Source: a virus (taxonomy: Duplodnaviria > Caudoviricetes). Taken from it: a DNA stretch of 32,122 nucleotides. The notes beneath the pieces were generated by a model. That model was not told the DNA's origin and did not search any database. It saw only the letters and a program-made list of their open reading frames with translations. The position numbers were made by a program, and so were the translations under genes. Shown here one piece after another: positions 25,505-32,122 of this stretch (positions within the stretch are counted from its first letter, which is position 1; each line of letters begins with the position of its first letter). The stretch is taken from positions 1 to 32,122 of IMG/VR virus record IMGVR_UViG_3300025018_000087. One strand, given 5' to 3'.

Positions 25505-26259
25505 CTTCTATTAATCCAATAACTCTTTTTGGCCGTAACCTGAGACGTAGGCTGCTCACCTTGCCTCGTGGCACCATCAAAGAGAAGGGCGATCGACCCA
25601 AGAGCGTCATCGGTTTTTTTCTTAAAAACCTCATAGCGCCGATCGTGCTTGTCCCCTGTTGTCTCGATAAACGATAGACAAGCGCTTTCAATGGTCTTAT
25701 AGGCGAGCGCTAGCTTTAATTTGTTAAGACTAAAAACAGAACCCCACTCTATATTTTTATTATAGAAATACAGTTGAAGCTCCTCTTCTGCGTCTGAAAG
25801 AAATGTTCCAATTTCGGTATCATTTAAGTAGTTAGAAATCGATGGGTATACGCCCTTAATTTGAGCAACCGTGGTTCCTGGTTTTTGGGACAAGCCCTGT
25901 AATCTTTCGATAACGAAACTTCGAATCTTTACCTGACTATCCCCGCCTGTTTCGCCGATAAAAACGATCGCCTCCCAAAGCGAATTAAAGCTATTGCCGG
26001 AGGTAGGATCTGGATCTTCGTATGCCGGAAACGTGTAATTCAGATCGAACGGAGTAGAGGCGTTTTGAGAAACGTGGGTTCCATTAGAAACCGCCCCCGT
26101 TCCTGCAAGAGCGTCGGCTCTCGACGGTTGATTAGTAAACAAATAATAACTCGGGGTTTGAGTTGGTAACTGTAACGGAAATGCCCCCCTTAAAGGATAG
26201 AATACTCTCGTTATAGTCTTACCATACGTTGCTTCCGCTTCTCGATAAGTTCTAGCCAT
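25501..26259 (-). CDS. Putative head-tail connector/adaptor
   Basis: Position; helical C-terminal half resembles head-completion adaptors. Confidence 0.5.
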   Translation of the reverse strand: MARTYREAEATYGKTITRVFYPLRGAFPLQLPTQTPSYYLFTNQPSRADALAGTGAVSNGTHVSQNASTPFDLNYTFPAYEDPDPTSGNSFNSLWEAIVFIGETGGDSQVKIRSFVIERLQGLSQKPGTTVAQIKGVYPSISNYLNDTEIGTFLSDAEEELQLYFYNKNIEWGSVFSLNKLKLALAYKTIESACLSFIETTGDKHDRRYEVFKKKTDDALGSIALLFDGATRQGEQPTSQVTAKKSYWINRR

Positions 26260-26539
26260 CTCGCTTCCTTTCCGCTGAATTAGCTATTTTGATAGCTTCC
26301 CGACGAGCTTGCTCATTTGTCATTTCCTTACCCTGGCGCTCTGCGAAATCTTTTAAATTATTCGCAAGTCGATCAATAGCTTCCCGAGATTTAGTGTCGG
26401 AAGAAAGCCCCTTCCTTCGTTGTAGCTCTTTATTTTCCTCAGAGGCTTTTGCCATCCCTCGCTGCATACGCTCCCTAACGTAATTAGCTAATGGGCCCGT
26501 CACCTTCTCCTGACTTATTTTTGGCTCGTTTTCGTCCAT
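26252..26539 (-). CDS. Hypothetical charged helical protein
   Basis: AAGGAG SD; late operon. Confidence 0.65.
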   Translation of the reverse strand: MDENEPKISQEKVTGPLANYVRERMQRGMAKASEENKELQRRKGLSSDTKSREAIDRLANNLKDFAERQGKEMTNEQARREAIKIANSAERKRDG

Positions 26540-27044
26540 CGTGCTTTTCTCCTTTCAACGCCAATATCTCAGCTTGAAGTTTATCATTCTCTCTTCGCAT
26601 TCTTCCCATCTCTTCAGGAGATGTGTTCGAAAGATGAGTTAGATACTCCTCAACTTCCCCAAAATGATCCACGTCTGCACCACGATCGGAATATCCTACT
26701 TTTGGATCTCTGTATTTCTCTCTCTCGTTTTCCGGGGGAATCCAATACTTGATTATTGTGAATCCCTTTCGAACGTAATACTCGACACTTGCCGGACTAC
26801 AGAAACACCCATCGAGTGGCAACATGAAAGGCGACCAAACACGAATCGTTCTCCCGTTATGCGATCGGTATCCATTCTTAGCAAATAAAATGTAAGGCCG
26901 TTTAAGCTTTCCGCTTCGTGGAACTCTAAACTCTGCAAGAATCTTCTTTGCACCATCTTCTAATGGCACTTGATTAATAAGGCCCTCGGGCATTTCAAAA
27001 TCAAGATCATCAATCGATTCATCAAGTTCGATAATCGCTGTCAT
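26484..27044 (-). CDS. Hypothetical protein downstream of the capsid gene
   Basis: 186-aa ORF with AAGG SD; late operon. Confidence 0.7.
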   Translation of the reverse strand: MTAIIELDESIDDLDFEMPEGLINQVPLEDGAKKILAEFRVPRSGKLKRPYILFAKNGYRSHNGRTIRVWSPFMLPLDGCFCSPASVEYYVRKGFTIIKYWIPPENEREKYRDPKVGYSDRGADVDHFGEVEEYLTHLSNTSPEEMGRMRRENDKLQAEILALKGEKHDGRKRAKNKSGEGDGPIS

Positions 27045-27057
27045 TTATCAACCTTTT

Positions 27058-27097
27058 AAAAGTGGGGAGAGGGGCGCAAAACAAAACCCCTCCCCCC
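27058..27097 (-). terminator. Intrinsic terminator/stabilising hairpin after the major capsid gene
   Basis: GGGGGGAGGGG-12 nt loop-CCCCTCTCCCC followed by ACTTTT. Confidence 0.65.
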
Positions 27098-27121
27098 TGA
27101 AACGTAACCATTCACAAAATA

Positions 27122-27976
27122 TTAGCTATCTGCCTTCACCTCGACGACCGCTGAATCGTACCACTCAACCACAATGTTATAGAGCCAAGAGGTTAACTCG
27201 GTGAAAAGCCCGGTAGCATTTGGGTTATCCCGCTCAACATTAATCGAGGGCGAGTACATCGAGAAGAACGCAAGCTCTGGATTAAACACCGCGCCTGAAG
27301 TATCTCCCCCGCCAGTAGCAAGAGAGTTCGCATGGTAACAATCAACTCCAGGGAGCGAGCCAATAAACCCGTTCGGCGAGGTCATATTAGTCAGGATGGA
27401 AAGCAACTGAAGATTACTCCAGGCTGATCCATTCGTTTGCATTAACTGCTTTTTGATCTGGAATGCGTGCTTCTTCGAAATACCGCAAATCAGATTCTTC
27501 CCGTCCGTTCCAGCGTTACCAGCGTCGACCAGATAGGCCGCCTCAAGGATCGCTTCGATAGTCATTTGCGTTCCTGCGTCAACTTCCTGAGACGCGCCCT
27601 GAAAGAGAGTTTTGATATTCCCGTCCAAAGTTCGCTGCAAGGAATTGGATTGCTTGTCTAAGATCATCCGATCGCTCATGCCGCCAAAATCTCTTGCTTC
27701 AACAGTGATTTGTGACGTAATAACAGTTTTCACGACCGTTGCTGTAATGGTACTTTGTGAAAACGTGGAATTGAAAGCGTTCCCCAATTCATTCACAACC
27801 GCACCTAATCCATAGGCTGCATCCTTCCGAAGAAGCTTTACCATTGTGTTGGCTGGCAAATCTTCCCCATAGGTAAAAGGCATAAAAACAATTTTATTTT
27901 TCAATGCTTTCCCTAGCGCCGTTGAAATAACGTCCGTAGGAGTGGCAGCATTTGCCAACTGAATTTCATTACTCAT
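27122..27976 (-). CDS. Major capsid protein (HK97-fold inferred)
   Basis: 284 aa after the scaffold; strong SD, downstream terminator, NGFIGSLPGVDCY P-domain-like segment. Confidence 0.75.
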   Translation of the reverse strand: MSNEIQLANAATPTDVISTALGKALKNKIVFMPFTYGEDLPANTMVKLLRKDAAYGLGAVVNELGNAFNSTFSQSTITATVVKTVITSQITVEARDFGGMSDRMILDKQSNSLQRTLDGNIKTLFQGASQEVDAGTQMTIEAILEAAYLVDAGNAGTDGKNLICGISKKHAFQIKKQLMQTNGSAWSNLQLLSILTNMTSPNGFIGSLPGVDCYHANSLATGGGDTSGAVFNPELAFFSMYSPSINVERDNPNATGLFTELTSWLYNIVVEWYDSAVVEVKADS

Positions 27977-28016
27977 GATTAAAACTCCTTAAAATAAATC
28001 ATTTAAAATTTATTCA

Positions 28017-28241
28017 TTAAGTATCGTTCTTCTTATTGAGATCCATAATCAGCGTAGCAAGCACCTTTGCGATCGTTGCTGCTACGGACTCATCAGGATT
28101 AAGCGCTCGCAATGGAGTGAATCCCGCCGATATGGAATAGTTCATAAACTGGCCTTCGCTCACCGAAGCCGTTAACGCCTCGGCAATACTCATGCCCTGA
28201 TAGCGAATTTCAATCGTTTTCTTTTGTACTTCTGCACTCAT
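28017..28241 (-). CDS. Small putative virion protein (decoration?)
   Basis: GAGGAG SD; between scaffold and MCP; C-terminal IAKVLATLIMDL helix. Confidence 0.6.
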   Translation of the reverse strand: MSAEVQKKTIEIRYQGMSIAEALTASVSEGQFMNYSISAGFTPLRALNPDESVAATIAKVLATLIMDLNKKNDT

Positions 28242-28256
28242 AATAAAAACTCCTCA

Positions 28257-28997
28257 TTAAGATCTTTTTCCGTTAAAAATTTGCCCCGCCATTTTTTCAT
28301 TTACCTCAGGAGAGAGGCTCGCTCTCTGCTCTGGAGATAAGCCTAGATACTTTTCAGGCGTCATGTTCTCGCCGCTTACTCCATTTGTCTCCCCTTGGCG
28401 CATGGTGCCCCCCTTCCCTTTTGGGAGCGCAAGCGCTGGATAACGTTCGACCAGTTCTCCAAAGAACTCCTCCGAGGTCATTAGTTCACGAGGATTTGTC
28501 TTTGAATAGCGTGGATGACCCTTCTCATCTTTAATGATAATCTTTCCACCCTCTTCGCTCCAGTCACAAAAACGATCGACGATCGGTTCTAACAAATCTA
28601 GCTCCCTACTATTAAAATAGCTAGTTGCTTCGGTCATCATTTCTTTTGTAACTCTTAGGTAACGATTTTGCTGTTTTAGCTTATTGATATCGCTCTCAAG
28701 CTCTTGGTACTTTGTTGAAAAGCGCTTTTCCAAGTCGGCTTTTTCGCGCTCGATAACTTCCTCGATTTTTTCTGGGCTTCCGTCCTTCTCCGCAAGCTGG
28801 CGCTGCAAGATTCGATTCTCTTCAATCGCTGCCTGGAAGCGATCAGGATCTATATCCTTGAATCGCTTTTCAAAATCAACAACTTGCGCCTCATATCGAC
28901 GCGCCTTATCCTGCCACTTGGCAACTTCTGGATCTGGTCCAGTGGTGGTTATGCCTTGCTTGTCTTGTGTCTCTCCAGCCCCTTTCTGATCTGCCAT
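28257..28997 (-). CDS. Capsid scaffolding protein
   Basis: Charged coiled-coil N-terminal half and Gly-rich linker (PKGKGG); upstream of MCP. Confidence 0.8.
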   Translation of the reverse strand: MADQKGAGETQDKQGITTTGPDPEVAKWQDKARRYEAQVVDFEKRFKDIDPDRFQAAIEENRILQRQLAEKDGSPEKIEEVIEREKADLEKRFSTKYQELESDINKLKQQNRYLRVTKEMMTEATSYFNSRELDLLEPIVDRFCDWSEEGGKIIIKDEKGHPRYSKTNPRELMTSEEFFGELVERYPALALPKGKGGTMRQGETNGVSGENMTPEKYLGLSPEQRASLSPEVNEKMAGQIFNGKRS

Positions 28998-29422
28998 TAC
29001 CTGCCTTTTATTTTTCGAATCAAGTCCTCGCGCTCCTGCTTCGAGACCCCGAACCAGCGACGATACTTGTTTGTTTTTTTAACCTTTTCGACTGCTGAAA
29101 CAAACTTCTTAGAGAATGGATCTTTTGTTGCAATATTTGCAATATATATTTTTATAGACGTTCCTTTGGATGTGATAACAGGATCCTTTGTCTGCACCGC
29201 CTGGAGCATCCCACCCGAAAGGGTAAGATCCACTGTGGTATTTCTCCCCGACTCGGCACGCTTATCGGCATATTTTGCCGAGTAGGGTTTGAATTTTAAT
29301 CCCTCAACCGATATTCCCGCCTGCGTTCTTTTCACTATTTTCCTAGAAAGTTCTTGCATTGCTTGATAGGCCCGCCCCGCGATTGTTTGTTTTAATCTGC
29401 TATAAGTTTGTTTTATGTTCAC
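28997..29422 (-). CDS. Virion morphogenesis / neck protein (Mu gpG-like)
   Basis: FKPYSAKY, VDLTLSGGML, RRWFGVS motifs. GTGA overlap start at 29422 preferred (the ORF track starts at 29482). Confidence 0.7.
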   Translation of the reverse strand: MNIKQTYSRLKQTIAGRAYQAMQELSRKIVKRTQAGISVEGLKFKPYSAKYADKRAESGRNTTVDLTLSGGMLQAVQTKDPVITSKGTSIKIYIANIATKDPFSKKFVSAVEKVKKTNKYRRWFGVSKQEREDLIRKIKGR

Positions 29423-30201
29423 GGCTCCCACCCTTCGAGTCTTGCGTCCTCTTCCGATATTGGTCGCCACTGATGGCGACAATTATAACCACCACCGTAC
29501 ACGAGCACATCAAGACCCTGCCCCTGCTCTGATTGTAGTCCACTGATCTCGTCGAGCGTATAAATCGGCGGACTCCTATCGAGAACCATTTGGCAAAAGT
29601 CACGAGTTAAGCTATCGAACGGGCCTATGTACTCGTAGAGATCAAACCCTGCTTCTATTGCTTTTTGGGCAACCACCGATCGCGCGAATCCTGATGCCGC
29701 TGTGTTCAGTTCAGTCGCAATATTCCCCGCCGTACTCTTTAACCGATCGCCGATTAGTGCATTCACGTCGGGCGCGACTCCAGCAACCACGGAATTTGTA
29801 AGCTGGCCCTGAACGCTTATCCCGTATTCTCGAATCTTATTCGTAACTTTCTCAGCATCGAACGTAACGAGCTGCTGAATCAGCGCCTTATCAATGTCAG
29901 TAAATTTTGCCTCTACGCCAGAACGGGAAAGAGTTTCCTTGATGAACTTTATCTCAGATGCATAGAGCGCTTTTAGCTTTTCAATCTCAACCGAAAGTCC
30001 TAACTCATCTGCACGATCGAAGAGCTTAGAAACGAACGCTATCTTTTCGACCGTCTGATCCGAGGAGAAGTTCTCAACTCCACGCGCAATGTCATGAATC
30101 GTTTGAGCAAGGATACGCTCTATCCTTGCAGTGAACGCTTCGATCTCTGCAATACGTGCCTTAATCTGCTGCCGAATAACGCGAGCCTCATCACTAGGCA
30201 A
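29419..30201 (-). CDS. Minor head protein (SPP1 gp7/Mu gpF-like)
   Basis: YEYIGPFDSLTRDFC...GGGYNCRHQW motif; after the portal. Confidence 0.85.
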   Translation of the reverse strand: MPSDEARVIRQQIKARIAEIEAFTARIERILAQTIHDIARGVENFSSDQTVEKIAFVSKLFDRADELGLSVEIEKLKALYASEIKFIKETLSRSGVEAKFTDIDKALIQQLVTFDAEKVTNKIREYGISVQGQLTNSVVAGVAPDVNALIGDRLKSTAGNIATELNTAASGFARSVVAQKAIEAGFDLYEYIGPFDSLTRDFCQMVLDRSPPIYTLDEISGLQSEQGQGLDVLVYGGGYNCRHQWRPISEEDARLEGWEP

Positions 30202-31636
30202 GGGCCTCTCCTAATACGTCATTTACTGGAGCCGATATGGCGGGTTCGGCAACCCCCTTTTCCAGCAAGGAATATATGTTCTTTAAGTCATCGGGCGCGA
30301 AACCCATCTCAGAAAGCGCCTTTTTAAATGCCGTTGTATTCGCTTCTGGATTCGCTTTGAAATCCTCCCGAAAAATGGTGTAAAGATTTACGAATTTCGT
30401 AACATCAGATTCATTAAAATCGCTCGCAAGCGTAACGGTACCAGGAAACTCACTATCACCCTGGAACATTGCATAGTAATCGAGCATTTGATTGAGCGCG
30501 TCTTGAAACTGCGAGATAGTAGATTCTACGAGCGCGATCCGATCGTCCTTTTCGGCAAGAATTGAGCCCTCTGCTTGGACGGCCTTCGAGTCGGATTGCA
30601 GTAATCGGAGCTGATTTAATCCGACCTTAAATGCTGAATTGAGCGCTTCCCCAATTGAGTCTTTAAGCGTATCGGTATTAATAGGCTCAATGACCTGGAC
30701 CGAGCACCCATCAGGAAGTAGGCTCCAGATATATTCATTTATGCCTTTCGCCTCATCGTCGTCAATCCTGTCTCGACCAATGATGAAAATCTTCTGATAG
30801 CCTTGGTTAAACTCGATATGATCCTTCATTGAGCGAAGATTGAAGTGGCGCTGTGTTTCCTCGATTGAATCTTTAAGCCATGAGTCATCACGCATTTCCA
30901 CGAGTGGCAATTCCGTCAATTCGGTAATTATCGGCTCGCCATCGAGAGCCCATTTCGAATTCTCTGCTGTTTCCTTAGTGTACCTACGGAGCGCGTATTG
31001 ACCACTCTCATTAATGAATCGAGAATCGGAAGCATAGATTACTTGAGGCCTTACTGTCTCATCCGACCGTTCAGGAACGAATTGATACTCGTTCCGAATG
31101 AACTGAAACTTTCCAAACTTTTGAGGATCGGAGAAATTATAGCTCCAATCCATCACAGATAATGGATCAATGCTAATAAATATCGGCCTTAAGTTAGCGG
31201 CTATCTCCTCAGCCCTTGAGCGGGATTGAAACGGGAGCTTATCGATTAGCGTTATTGCGCGACCATATAAGAAGTAATTGAACGCATATTCTTTAATGAA
31301 CGATTGAATCGAATTCCCACGCCCATCGATATCGTTCTCGGCACCTGCAAGATAATCAATTGCAACTTTATCCAATACTGGTGCTCTTCGAAAAAAGAAG
31401 GACCCCCAAATGGAAAGAATGATTTCAGGAATATTTAAGTACCTTGTGCGCTGCTTACGAAGTTTTAATAAGTCAGCAATCTCGGCACTTCTCTCTTTCG
31501 GATGAATCCAAAAATAATCAGGACTATTTACCAGTGTGTCATGATCGCCCTCGTAGAACGCACGATACTTGAGCCAAGCCTTTTCGTTCTTCCTATAGTC
31601 CCGATTAACGTATAGTTCAATTTCATTATCAGACAT
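30194..31636 (-). CDS. Portal protein
   Basis: 480 aa, FYEGDH near the N-terminus, FLYGRA; between TerL and the minor head gene. Confidence 0.8.
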   Translation of the reverse strand: MSDNEIELYVNRDYRKNEKAWLKYRAFYEGDHDTLVNSPDYFWIHPKERSAEIADLLKLRKQRTRYLNIPEIILSIWGSFFFRRAPVLDKVAIDYLAGAENDIDGRGNSIQSFIKEYAFNYFLYGRAITLIDKLPFQSRSRAEEIAANLRPIFISIDPLSVMDWSYNFSDPQKFGKFQFIRNEYQFVPERSDETVRPQVIYASDSRFINESGQYALRRYTKETAENSKWALDGEPIITELTELPLVEMRDDSWLKDSIEETQRHFNLRSMKDHIEFNQGYQKIFIIGRDRIDDDEAKGINEYIWSLLPDGCSVQVIEPINTDTLKDSIGEALNSAFKVGLNQLRLLQSDSKAVQAEGSILAEKDDRIALVESTISQFQDALNQMLDYYAMFQGDSEFPGTVTLASDFNESDVTKFVNLYTIFREDFKANPEANTTAFKKALSEMGFAPDDLKNIYSLLEKGVAEPAISAPVNDVLGEALA

Positions 31637-31976
31637 CGATTCGTCCTATGAATGCCGCAATACTAAGAATTACTTTAGCGTTTGTTATTGTTGCTTGTGC
31701 TTTAAGCGCTGTGAATTCTCCCACTTGAAGAGGCGGATTAAATTCTACATTCGTGTTTCCTCCGAGCTTGGCAAGCCCAATTAACCAAAGATCGTCGGTC
31801 CCTGCTAAAAGCTTTAAGGCTGTGTCCACCGTTGCGCCCAGATTTGATGCGCTAATCTGCGTAACGAACCATGATTGCCCCGACGAGGTAGGGCTAGGCA
31901 AGAATTGATAGATATTAGTATCGACGATCGTGGCCGAATTGAAAGAATATACCATCTGTCCTGGATTTGGTTTCAT
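31629..31976 (-). CDS. Hypothetical beta-rich protein between TerL and portal
   Basis: AGGAG SD overlapping the TerL stop; 115 aa of alternating beta-strand pattern. Confidence 0.75.
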   Translation of the reverse strand: MKPNPGQMVYSFNSATIVDTNIYQFLPSPTSSGQSWFVTQISASNLGATVDTALKLLAGTDDLWLIGLAKLGGNTNVEFNPPLQVGEFTALKAQATITNAKVILSIAAFIGRIDV

Positions 31977-31988
31977 TTGAAATTACTC

Positions 31989-32122
31989 CTATGCAATTGT
32001 GCCGTGTCGTCGCATTCGCTTCGATGCGAATTCGCCCTGCCCGAAAGCATTGACTAGATGATAATCATGGGCGTCACTGTAATGAGTGGTATCTTTATTC
32101 CGTACCTTCACAAGCTCCCATG
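31989..32122 (-). CDS. terL: Terminase large subunit C-terminus (wrap-around part)
   Basis: Same frame as 1-1361 via the repeat; THYSDAHDY...HGTIA, TAG at 31989-31991. Confidence 0.9.
   Translation of the reverse strand, partial: WELVKVRNKDTTHYSDAHDYHLVNAFGQGEFASKRMRRHGTIA
31996..32122. repeat. 127-bp terminal direct repeat, right copy
   Basis: Identical to 1-127. Confidence 0.97.

Larger units (their letters stand above)
1..32122. mobile_element. Complete circularly permuted tailed bacteriophage genome (siphovirus-like, 31,995 bp unique)
   Basis: Packaging, head, non-contractile tail, lysis and replication genes are all present. The ends overlap by 127 bp and the TerL frame reads through the junction. 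No tail sheath or host housekeeping genes. Confidence 0.95.

Overview
The window is a complete, circularly assembled genome of a small tailed dsDNA phage with siphovirus-like organisation. Bases 1-127 are identical to 31996-32122, leaving 31,995 bp of unique sequence. A long minus-strand late operon runs across the origin: ECF-type sigma factor, TerS, TerL (455 aa, missed by the ORF track because it spans the origin), portal, minor head protein, scaffold, major capsid, neck proteins, tail tube, tail chaperone with a -1 frameshift, tape measure, tail-tip proteins, then a lysis region (membrane protein, T4-like lysozyme, large lipoprotein, holin), VRR-NUC and an LpxR-family lipid A deacylase. 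Early modules are a Cro-like HTH with a primase-helicase, a Sak4/SSB/Cas4-like nuclease/SF2 helicase block, an XRE repressor facing a small-gene operon that includes an exported SGNH esterase, and an isolated Gp157-like gene. I found no integrase, DNA polymerase, tRNA or CRISPR array. The most notable points: (1) a phage-encoded outer-membrane LpxR after a lysis cassette with no recognisable spanins; (2) a terminase with rewired Walker A (KGIGSGGT) and Walker B (ATGTE); (3) apparent genome-wide excess of CGATCG; (4) an in-frame amber codon splitting an accessory gene. All family calls come from motifs recognised by eye, not from database searches.
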